NCBI RefSeq assembly: GCF_001194135.2
Contig: NC_068987.1
Coordinates: forward strand, 81,159,635 to 81,223,634
Direction of reading: 5' to 3'
From: Octopus bimaculoides
Taxonomy: Eukaryota
Length of the DNA stretch: 64,000 nt
Below are positions 52,810 through 64,000 of this stretch, one piece after another. The first letter of the stretch is position 1; every line of letters begins with the position of its first letter. The notes below the pieces were generated by a model that saw only the letters and a list, made by a program, of their open reading frames with translations, did no database searches and was not told the origin of the DNA. A program made the translations under genes and the position numbers.

Positions 52810-52970
52810 ATTTCAAATTTTGTTAAAAGATCAACAGTTTTAGGAGGAGGGATTTAGTTGATTACACTGACTTCAGTACTTAACTAGTACTTCATTTTAT
52901 AAACCTCAAACGGATGAAAGGCAAAGTTAACCCCAGTATGGTTTGATCTCAGAACATAAAGAACTAGAAA
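52810..52970 (-). mobile_element. Second SINE family, partial copy
   Basis: GGATGAAAGGCAAAGTTAACC...TTTGATCTCAGAACATAAAG matches 42660-42877. Confidence 0.65.
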
Positions 52971-53149
52971 AAAAATTCCACAAAAACAGCTCATTCTTTC
53001 AGTTTACCTGTTCTTTCAAAATAATAATAAAATATTCTATATCACCATATTTGGGCAATTATCTTCTACCGTGGCCTCTTGTGGGTGGAATTGGGTTCAT
53101 GAAAATTATGCAGTGCTTAAATGCTATCACCATTTTTTTAGATATCTAT

Positions 53150-54270
53150 CTTCGATGCTGGCATGGATTGGATGGTTTGACAGGATCTGAGGGGTTAGAG
53201 GATTGCATCATGCCTCGATGTCTACTTTGGAATGGCTTCTATAGCTGCATGCCCTTCTTAAGGCCAACCACTTTACAGAGTTTGTTGAGTGCTCTTTTTG
53301 TTATATAAGCATTGTAGATGTCACTACTTAGCTCATGTGACTAAAATCCCCATCAACTGAGTGGTGCTGCTGTGGAGAGGGAGATAGCTTTATGTCAGAT
53401 GATGAAAGGTTAGAGTCTGAAAGAAGAAGATGGAACAGGATTTTTTTGCTGTAGAGGAGAGACATGGCTTCTCACATTACACAAGAATCAGTGAGAGTAA
53501 TCAGTGTGAAGCTGGGAAGCGAAATAAAGATAGTGGTGACAAGGTATGTGAGGGTGGGCCCTGGAGCAGAAGAAAAGGAAGGAAGACTGCATGGAGGTAG
53601 TTAGAATGTATAGAGAGAGTGAGGGATAGTTAGTGATGGAATAGGGTTGAAAATCTACTGAATGGTGAAGGGTCAAGAAGACGGGGCATGTTGGTGATAA
53701 GTATGAGTTGTTTGGAAGGCAGGAGAGAATAGATGATGACTAGGAATTGGAAAATGTGAAGTAGTGAATGTAGTGAATGGTGGAGGAGAAATGAAGGGCA
53801 CATCTGAGCTGGAAGGAGAAGGTTGGGGGATTAGGTGATTATTAGAAGTACAGGAAAGTGAAGAGTAACAGGATAGAGGAAAGATATAAGGTGTAAATAG
53901 GTAGGTTGCAAGAGTGTGAGTGGAGACAAAAACTTAGTGCATGGGGAGAGTGAGAGATGTATAGTTATATGAGCAAATGAACAGGAAGGGTTCAGTGGAA
54001 AGAGAGGAGATCTACTTTGGAAGATTAGAAAGTAGGGTGATCAATGTAAAATGTGAGTGAAGAGGGACAATGAATGAGGGAAGTCAAGTAAAGGGGTTCC
54101 AGATTGTTAGAAAGATAACTGGTATCAGAAAAGGTGATTAAATATGTGCTTCTACTCTCGTTGAGTAACAGCTGCAGAATATTGCAGTTAGTCAAGTGAT
54201 GGAGAGATCAGTGATTGAGAGTGAGGATTGGGAGGGAAGCTTCAATAAAGAAAATAGGTTAGGGCCCCAC
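53150..54270 (-). mobile_element. RTE 3'-end copy (53150-53340) adjoining a purine-rich CR1/L2-like 3' region
   Basis: RTE UTR motif at left; ~900-bp strongly purine-skewed tract similar in character to 13840-14170 and (inverted) 34110-34420. Confidence 0.45.
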
Positions 54271-55985
54271 CACGTATACAAACATTATGCTTCCTAAATC
54301 TCAGTTTCTCTAAGATTGGCAGGTTTTCTTGAGCTTTGCTTATGGCCGATCATCCTGGTCCTTTGTCATCTCCTTCATAAGACTCAAACTCCTGAGATCA
54401 GTCTTCATTACTTCACCCAATGTCTTCTTGGGTCCTCTTCCATAAGTTTCATACACTTAAGCTATTGGTACTTCTTTGTATAGCTGTCCTCATCCATATG
54501 CTTCACATAATCTTACCATTGCAATCGGTTCCCTTCCACACTGCATAAGATATCTGTATATATATATATGTGTGTGTGTGTGTATATATATATCATCATC
54601 ATCATCCTCATCATTGTTTAACGTCTGCCTTTCATGCTAACATGGGTGGGACAGATGTACAAGTGTACACATACACGTGTGTGTGCCCATGTTTGTGTTC
54701 CTGTTCACCTGTAATTTTGTAGTCTGATAAACAGAAATCAATAGAGTAAGTAGCAGATTGAAATAAGTACTAGGGTTGATATGATCAACTAAATCCTTGA
54801 AAGCTGAATTACTGAAACCAGTAAAATTATGAAAGAATTGTTAAATATCAAAGTCTTTTCATATGCATCTCTGACATGGTCACTGATACCCTACTTCATT
54901 GTATTTGGTGTATTGGTCAGTTCTTATTCGAAGTTTTGCATTTAATTTCCTTTTCTCTGTCTCTGTTTCCCTTACATTCTTTATTCCTTTGTTTATGTCT
55001 TGTTTGACCAAAGTGCAGGGTATCATTTCTTTCATTCTCACTTTAGATTTTCACTCTATCATGCTCTCTCAGTCTACTACATTATCTTTTATTTCGCTGT
55101 TGCAATGTCTATGGAGCTAGTTGTAGCTTATGACCTTATATGGTAACTGGTGTGGTCATAGTAGTATAGGTAAGTCTTCTATCATATCAAAATCATTATC
55201 TTGACTAATACAATGGTACAAAGAAATTGGTGTTCAGCGCAAAGATATAGTAAAAATATTTTGTCTGATAGCACTTCATAAAGAACTAAAACACTTCCCA
55301 TAAGAATATATATTATTGGCATTATTCAAGAAAAGTTTTTCAATTTTCATAGATAAAACCGTACTTACTAACTACATTTACTGGCCCTTTGAGTCATGCA
55401 TTATTTCTCCTCCTCTCACTCTCTTCTTCTTCCCTCTCTATTTCCAATGTTACTGCAACGGTCTTTGCCTCCCTAAACTTGCTGAACTATATCACATCAT
55501 CTAAAGCTCACTTGATGGACTTCTCTCATCATTCACTTGTCTCAACCAGATACCTTGTTAAAACATTTTCTTATTGTCTCCCCAGAACTGCTTTCTGGTG
55601 AAATCTCTTCTCGCTGTTTTCTTTCATTCAGTTACCTAAAAGAATTCAAATTATGTACAAACAGTGCTAAACTTAATCAATTATTCCAAACATACTGAAC
55701 AGAATTTCTGAAATTATAGAAGACATATTTCTTTCTCGAGTTGAGAAACAGTACTTGTATGATATATTAGTCTTGGTTTAGTAATGTAAGTATACTACCA
55801 GTGATCTTTCTGAATGAATTCTGTTAGTCATAAGGCCACTAATTTGGAGTGAAGGGTATATTCAATTATATCGATCCAATGTTTTGTCATTCCATAAGGA
55901 TGAATAGTAAAGTTGAGCAAGATAAGATTTAAACTCAGAATATGTGCCAGTTGCTTTTCCAATTTTGCCAACTGATTACCCATAA

Positions 55986-57559
55986 CACTGACCAACAAAA
56001 TTTTTGTTGCATTCATACCTACAATTGGTATTATCTAATTTGAGTTCAAATATGAAGTTGGTTTTTCTCTATAAGCTTTAGACTTTGCAATTGAGGTTTT
56101 CCTATATTTTCCAAATTTCAAATATTTCCCATGATATGATGTAATCTTTATGATACTTTTCGAGTTATACTAGCTTCAAACTAAGTGGAAAAGAGCAAAT
56201 ATCTATGCATTATTCATATATATGAGTTAACATACCACCATAAGAATTAGGCTATAAAAGTAATATTTCTTATTCTGATGTTGAGTAAAATAAATGATAT
56301 CTTGTGCCAGTTATTTTGCCATCTGTTTTTCAGCTGAAAATATATATTATATACAAATGATAGGTGTATATAATTTAGAAACTGATTAGTCTGGAAATTA
56401 AAATACAAATAGATTTTATTCAGGCGAGAATTTGCACTTGAAACTCTTGTGTTTGTAGACTTTCTCTGGGAAATCTCATTTTATGCTCTAGCAGTAGTCT
56501 GCCATCATGTTTTTTTCCATAACCCTTGATAATTATTTTCCATGGTCCTGAGGTCTTGGTTGAAGCTCTGTCCTTGTTCATCGCTTACATCTCCAAGGTT
56601 TACAGAGAATTGGTCGAGGTGACTATGGAGGAGATGGAGTTTGATGCTCATGTCACATTGTATTCTTCAAACAAATGCACTGCGTGACCAACTGGGACAA
56701 CTCCACCAACCTTACCATTGTGTAGGAGAACACAATTTAAGCTGCACTTAGAACTATCTAGAAATAGTTGCCAGTCAGTTGAACTTTATGAGAAGATATC
56801 TAAATCATGGAGAAGACTAAGATTATCTTGGCAGTAAACAAAGTGTTTTTCTTCTGAAAAAAATGATACAAAAATCTGGTCTCGTTTTTGAAAATAAGAA
56901 ACTTGTGCATTTTGGTCAAGTAGATGTTTTTTTTGTTTTGCAGCCTGAAAACTAGAACTTCCTGAAGAATTCCAAATCATGCACTAAATCATTCTGTTCT
57001 GTTTGACTAAACTGTTGAGCAGTTGATTTGTTTGGTACCAAAAGAGGGTCCTGGAATTCTGAAATAATTTCTTGATCTTCGTTTTCATCCTCATACTCTT
57101 GTTTTCTAGCTTTAACTTCAGGAAAGGTAAACCCAAGGAAAGCAGGAATTAGGAGTGTCTCAGAGTGCATAACAGGTCTAATTGCTGAAAGAATATTGGG
57201 ATAAGATATTTTATGCATATTTTTCTTATGCCTATTTTTCTTGCCAATGCCTTTTGTGTTGACAATACAAAAATAACAGTGTCCACAGACATAGCAGAAG
57301 CCATCAGGTTTATTCACACATCTATGTCTACTTGAAAAAGTCATGATCAGATCTGAAAAAACACAATTATCAATTCTTTATAAGTAGGATATATGATATA
57401 TGTCAAATTTAACTATAAATGAAGTTTATCTTCAAACTGCAAGAAAACTAGAGCTTGAAGAGCAAAACCAATTACAGATTTGAAATTAGCCCCAAAAAGA
57501 CAGAATCAATAAAAAAAATCTCATGCAATAGAAAATTACTGAAACAATGTTGTCCAGTG
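55986..57559 (-). mobile_element. Internally deleted Chapaev3 (CMC superfamily) DNA transposon
   Basis: Termini CACTG..CAACA on both ends and 3-bp TSD TAA (55983-55985, 57560-57562). Transposase remnants CVNKPDGFCYVCG, CYFCIVN, WQLFLDSSKCSLNCVLLHNG, MSIKLHLLHSHLD...SDEQG...MMADYC. Confidence 0.88.
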
Positions 57560-57584
57560 TAATTATTCATTTAAATTATATTGG

Positions 57585-57770
57585 TTCAAAGCCATAAATT
57601 TGAGGTAGGAGTATAGTTGATTAGATTGACCTCAGTATGTATTTGCATGGGCAAACTGTAAAGCTTGTACCATTGAGATTTGATTTGAACTCAGAATGTG
57701 AAATGATGTAACTAAATACCACAAATCACTTTTCTGTTCCCCTACCAATCCTGCTTATCTACTGCTCATG
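57585..57770 (-). mobile_element. Second SINE family, degraded copy
   Basis: GTTGATTAGATTGACCTCAGTATG...GATTTGAACTCAGAATGT matches the family. Confidence 0.55.
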
Positions 57771-60700
57771 ATTATTAAAAGCATGCAATAGAGACTTATA
57801 TTAGATACATTTATGGATTTTTGCTTTGCGATGTGTAAATGTTTAAACATCTCTGCTATAAAAGTAATGCAGTAATTCATAGAATGGCATCTATATGCAT
57901 GGAAAAATTACACATAATTAAATACTAATATACATATAGACAAATTAATAGATGACAGTACTCCTCCTGGAAATATAAAAATTCTTCAATGCAGTTTTAT
58001 AAAAAGGAAAATATCACTAAATATATTCTAAAGCAAATGCAATTCTTAGCATTTTTTAGTTATAATTAATTGCTTTTATTTTCATTTTCGCAGATATCAA
58101 TTGGAAATTTAATTTTATGGTTTTGGTATTTACTTTCCTTTTATAGAATTTTAGCTGTTTTATATACTTTGTTTTGATTTTGTATATATTTAATATAATT
58201 CAACTTAATTATTTTGTCCTGAGTGAAATTGTATTTAACATTCAACTTCCAATTTGGAAGAAGGTCAACTATGCTAATTTATAGAAATGTTTATAGATAT
58301 TCTGTTCTTGCAACCACATACAGCCAACTTATTTAAGGCACACTAGCTGAGGAGTAAATTTTTCTTGAAATTCTTTTATGAAATGTATTATTTAAAAACC
58401 ATTTAATTGTATCCATAACTCTGAAGACTTTTATTTGAATCTATTTGCACATAACCTCATATATCAGAGATAAAAAAAGGAAACAAATTTACATCACTTA
58501 TTTTGATTTTGCCTTTCAAACATATTTTCTTCAATGCAATTTTCCTTTTAGTCTTTTGCCTTATTTATGGAAGGTAAAGTTCTAAACATAACTTTATAAA
58601 TATTCATGTTTTTTATGTCTTATTTAATTCATTCTGTAAGTTAGGTATTCTTGAACAAACAATATATCTTAATTAGGAATGTTACAAATTTGGTGGTAAG
58701 CTTCAGTTTGAAACAACAAAGAAAAAACTTGGTCAAATTCTGTCTTACAAAAATATCAGTTATTTCTGAGTTAGCTCTAAATTGATGCATTTTCATTAAT
58801 ATTGGTCCATAGGATATGAAAACACTAATTTAAAGTACTCCATTTTCATTTATGGAGTTTCGATCTCCAAGGAATTTTATTTGATAAAAATCTTCAGTTT
58901 TAAATTCTTTTTTTTTTAAATAATTCTTGTCATATTTATATTATGAAAATATTTTTTTTTGGCGGGGGGGGGGGTAATGTAATGTACGTTTTCCATGCTG
59001 ATGTACATTGAAAGGAGGCAACTCATATTGAACTCTTTTTATATGCTCTATACTGATAGCTTTCTTTGCTGCCTCTTGTAACAATATTATAGCTAGGCAG
59101 AACTTTTGCTGTATAGTAAATCAAGATAAAGATTGTGAATTTTCTTCAAATTATTTGGCAATAATTGCAATTAGGTTGAAAGTTAGGACTCACAGAATAA
59201 TTGTCTGGTGTGGAGCATATATCTGGTTATTTTTTCATGGTATATTGTTTTACAATTTATTGTAGGTTATACAGTTATTTATAGCATTGGTTATTGTGGA
59301 TTATCTGAAAATATCTATAATGAGACTGAATATCATGTTACTTTCAATGTGGTTTTAAACCAACAAACAAAACACCAACCATTTCATAAGTAATCTTAAA
59401 ACTCTTGCTTTAATCTCAATTGTAATTGTAAACGGTGATAAAGCTAGAGTTAAAAAAATATATTAGCTTATTTAATATTTGTAAAATGTCTTCAGTAGCA
59501 TGTTTTGTTCTTTTCTGGTATGTTCAGATGAATTTCCACAGTTCCCAAATAACAAAATATAGAGTAAATGATTTCATAATTTGGTACAGTCAAACACAAA
59601 CATGCTTGTACAATTACTGATGCATACATAAACATAACTGTATAAAACTATACATACAAGACATATGCATATTATATTTACATAGGCACACCTGTGGAAA
59701 TATATGTGTGTGTATGAGAAATTGCTTTTCTTTTAAACATATTATAATCACAATTGTCATTTCCTTTAAAAGACTTCATATTTTTTTTTCTGTATTTCAT
59801 AAAGAATAAGAAATTTCTAAGATTGATCGATGATTGAGAGTCAGTAGTATCTTCTGAATAAAACAGTTTTAGTTTTGGTTGCTATTGCTGTTTTGTTGTA
59901 AGAGAGAATCACTGAAACAATGTTTTTCATTCTTTATCATTGGACTTAAGTTTCATTTTGCTGACACCAGGATTTTATCAGTAAGTTTGCTGCCATAGAG
60001 TAGTAAATGTGCATTGAGATTTGCATTGTATGTTAACTAAGTGCATTAAATAAGACTGTGATTGTTGTAGTGAAAATATTGTAGCTTGAGGAAGAAATAG
60101 GTGGAAGAAGTTAATTGAGCAATTAACTCTGCTGGCAATGAAATATTTTACGCACTGTAAGATAATTGTACTGTCAACTAATTTTTTTTTTTTTATAGTT
60201 TTCTGTCGTGTAATTTAATGTGCTGCAAAGGCTCCTTGTTGTAGATGCATTGTCGGGTCACAAGAATGTGAGGCATTTGTATGACCAATATCACTACTTG
60301 TCAATAGAAATTTAGAAGTTTTTTTTACATACAGATTTGCATGTAGTTAGCAGAGCACATTATAACTAAGGAATTTCATTAACCTGCAGGAATGAGTTTG
60401 GATCATCCCATGGGAAAAATCTGCATTATACTGGCATTCACATTCAAGAAGAGGAGAAATCTTTCAATCACAGGATACTTGTATATAATATAAATTATGT
60501 ATGCATGACTCATGAGAATAGTGTGTGAAAATATGTAGCAAACAATGTTATCCTACTTTTTATTTTATAAATTATTGTAGAGATTTGATAACATAGAAAA
60601 TCAAATTATTACTTACATAAATACTTTTTAATTTCCTACAGAGAATTTAATTATCCGTGTTACTAAAACAATAGGCAGTTTCCTGCATTTCTGATGTACA

Positions 60701-61399
60701 GATCAAAAAGCTTTTCTGAGATGAGAAAAATAAAAATAGCATATAACAATTCTCAAGTCAATTTTCTTCAGAGAAGAAATTTACACTTAAAATTGTACTT
60801 TTCTAGCTTTAGCAGAGATAGTATTTCTATTAAATCATTATAATTGAAAGTGCTTGCAAATGGTATGCAACAGATAAAATAGCTAATCCTGTTAGCTACT
60901 GTAGATTTATTATTGATCTTTAGTAGATCTTAATTAATTTCACTTTGAAAAAATTATGCCAATGTTTGCAACTATGGTAGGATTTGTTAGGAATATTTGT
61001 AGAGCAGCTTCAATTATAATTTTTATGACTTTATTGCAAATGGTACGTTTAGACTTGAACCTATTTATAGCACAATATTTCACAATAAAGTAATGTATAC
61101 ATTGTCCTCCTTTGAGAAATTGGAGTATTGTGTGCTTTAAGAATATCTCCGGCAGTTGGATAGGCAAAATGCCAGCATAATAATAACACCAACTTTTTTA
61201 AACTCATCCCTGTGCGTTAGTATACCTCCTGATTTATTCTATATTGACTACAAGTATGAATTTCACCTTTATACAATATCTACTTACTGACTTCAAGTCG
61301 GGTCATGAATCTCATCACAGGCTGAAGAGAACTCCTACTGCTACCATGTAAACCAGTACTACCTGTTCCATGGTCAAGTGATTAGTGACTATACCAGTT

Positions 61400-61670
61400 C
61401 CCCACATGAGTAGCTTGATACTCTTGTGAGGAGGGTACCTGGACAAAAAGTAGGACTAAAAACAAACCCTGTCAAAGGCCATCCTAATGAGGAAGGCAAT
61501 GGTAAACTATTTCAATACCTTTGCTAAGAAAATACTATGAGGAAGTCAGAATGAAGTAATGCTATGGCTGCATCTGATGGGAGAACTCACACTTAATCAG
61601 GAAGACTTTCATTGTAGTGTTATCAACACTCTGGAGAAAGCGTATGATACAATGACAATGACGACTTGCT
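61400..61670 (+). mobile_element. RTE-related repeat (SINE tail or RTE 5' motif)
   Basis: GAGGAAGGCAATGGTAAACTATTTCAATACCTTTGCTAAGAAAA resembles the GAGGAAGGCAATGGCAAACCACTCCAGTAT motif of RTE/BovB-related elements. Confidence 0.4.
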
Positions 61671-63009
61671 GTCTGGTTGATAAGTAACTGAAAGTTAACT
61701 ATTTTTATGGTCAAAAACAATACATTACCAGTGGCAAGATACCATTGCTTCTCTAGTTAACTTGCTGACAGTTCAATGATTTGACAGTAATAGTTATTTA
61801 GGAGCAGTGTATAAAATCTCGTCCTGAAGAATTAGTGAAGCTTATGCAGTATCCTGATATTCAGTAGGAATTTATCTTTCAAAATGTTTTTCCATTTCAC
61901 ATCGTAATCTAAATTCTTGAGATATTTAATAGCCAATTCCTTAGCACATTTTCTGAAATTTGTTATATTTTCCCACAAATTGAATAGAAAAATATTACCA
62001 TCTACCAAAATTGAACATGCATTTTCAGAGGTATATTCAACATTGCTTTAATATTGTCCAGGTCTTTGCAAATTTTAAAAGCAAAGTTATCATGGATTCT
62101 GTTAAAAACATACTATGAATTTCAGTAGAATTATTGAATTAACAATATCACGAATAGATATTGAAAGCTTAATTTCTGATTTATATTCTGCACTCTTTAA
62201 CATGTTCTACTCTATTAAAACTGAAATAATTTTGATCTTATTTCACGATTTGTTTTCTCTTGAGATTCAATACAACTAAGTAATTTTAGTCACTTTTTGT
62301 ATTTTTTCATTATTTAATTTTATATATTTTATTACTTTACTTCTTTATTCTAAGAAATTGAGCTAGTGTACTTTACCTTAATGGTAATCTTTAGACCGGT
62401 GATAGGTATCTTGTTGTTGATAGGCAATTTTGATTGCCAGTGATAGGCAATTTTGAACAGCATGACTAATGAAAAATTACTTTGAACTGTTTTAATAGTG
62501 TGGGCCACCTAATGATGAGTCATGTCTCATGCCACCCTCTTCTTGGAAAATGGTTCAGAAAGTTAAATCAGTTTTGTTGCATAAAATTTTCAATGCAGTG
62601 CTTTACTCTTTGATTATATTTACCAATAAAATTGCATTTAGACCCAGAATCTGTAGGCAAGTGAAGTTATGTTTTTTGGTTTCACACAAAATATTTTGAA
62701 TTTCGATTTTAAGAAATGTGTTCCTTGTCATATTGTAGCCATCATTTTTCTACTGGAAATGTCATTATTTTTCATATTCTAATTTTCTTTTGATGTCTCT
62801 TATATATAAAAGCTACTTACAAACCTTTTACGAGTTTTACAATATCTGAATGTAGATGTTTCAAAAAAGTTTTGTACATAATTGTAGTAATGCTGCGAGA
62901 CAATTTTCAATTAACAAAATTGACTCAGTTTATTATCATCATTGGAATTACTATATTGGTCTCTAATATAGGTACATGGGAAAGAAAACTGTTGATTATA
63001 TGGATTCTC

Positions 63010-63595
63010 AGTACTTGATTGAATTTTTTTTTATTTCCCTTAGAAGGGGGAAATGCAAAATCGATCTCAAAGGAAACTGAACTCAGAACATAAAGGAACT
63101 TAACTAAATACCACAAGGTATCTTATGAGTCTGTTAGTCTACCTTCATCTAAAGGAACTATATTACGGATTTTAAATTCTGGCACAAGGCCAGCAATTTT
63201 GGGGGAGGGGATAATCGATTACATCAACCCCAGTGATCAGCTGGTATTTCTTTTATTGACCCTGAAAGGATGAAAGACACAGGAGACCTTCAACAGACAT
63301 AAGGGTGGACAAAATGTCACTAAGCATTTTTCCTGCAGTGCTGATGATTGTGTCAATTTGCTGCTTTTAAAAGAACAATAATATTGGTTTCAAATCTTGG
63401 TACAAGGCCAGCGATTTTGGGGGAGAGGGGGTAAGTTCATTACATCAACCCCAGTAGTCATTATTTTATCAACTCTAAATGGATGACAGGTAAAGTCAAC
63501 CTCATCAGAATTTGAACTGAGAATGTATAGACAGACGAAATGCCACTGAGCATTTTGCCCGGCATGCTAACAATTCTGCCAGCTTGCTGTCCTAT
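63010..63595 (-). mobile_element. Three consecutive copies of the second SINE family
   Basis: Partial copy ~63010-63120; near-full copies ~63170-63365 and ~63390-63595, each starting ...CAAGGCCAGC.ATTTTGGGGGAG. Confidence 0.75.
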
Positions 63596-63679
63596 TAAAG
63601 AACTATAATATTGAAATCAGAAAGACAGCTTCATATGTCTTTAATCCTCAATGTAATACTTCTTTAACTGTAAGTTTAA

Positions 63680-63902
63680 TCCTTTTGATACCAACCCACC
63701 TGAAACCACCTCTGGCTCTGTAAGTACAAATGTCTTATTTTCAAGAGTTCTGAATTAAAATCTTCTGCTAAACCTTAGTCACAATTTATGTTCCTAACAC
63801 TAGCTTCATGATAACTAAATTATGTTACTAAATTCTTTGTTATATTTAAAATTAATTGAAAGAAACAGAGCATCTCAACAGAAATATGGTAAAAAAAAAG
63901 GG
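63680..63902. mobile_element. piggyBac-type MITE, second copy
   Basis: TTAA flanks at 63676-63679 and 63903-63906; same TIRs and body as 12910-13105 but ~27 bp longer internally. Confidence 0.85.
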
Positions 63903-64000
63903 TTAAATTGCAACAGAAATGAGGTACCATGCATGCAATGCATACAGTCCTGAAAAAAAAAACATTTTATTTAAATATCAATGAAAATATGAACAAAACT

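Overview
AT-rich, intron- and repeat-dominated eukaryotic scaffold segment with four N-gaps. The SINE/RTE repeat complement and microsatellites suggest a cephalopod, probably Octopus (inference, not verified). One host gene is recognisable: four internal + strand coding exons of SPO11 (2553-2639, 10988-11024, 12431-12537, 34813-34912), which splice in frame to LSTSKG...VVEKDATF...GKGFPD...DADAHG. Its earlier and later exons were not found in the window. The intron 11025-12430 has a textbook U12 donor (GTATCCTTT) and branch point (TCCTTAAT), and homology places its acceptor at a non-canonical AT. The introns hold a mariner, a gag-only LTR element with intact LTRs and TSD, a deleted Chapaev3 transposon with TIRs and TSD, a Tigger fragment, piggyBac-type MITEs, Helentron-like elements, RTE and CR1/L2 LINE fragments and three SINE families. 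The least expected signal is a set of type I hammerhead ribozyme motifs. Two have intact cores on the SPO11 sense strand (2203-2254, 23146-23200), and the first sits in a 333-bp unit bounded by 44-bp direct repeats, a retrozyme/Penelope-like layout. No prokaryote-style system is present. All calls were made by eye without database searches, and repeat boundaries are approximate unless a TSD or TIR is given.
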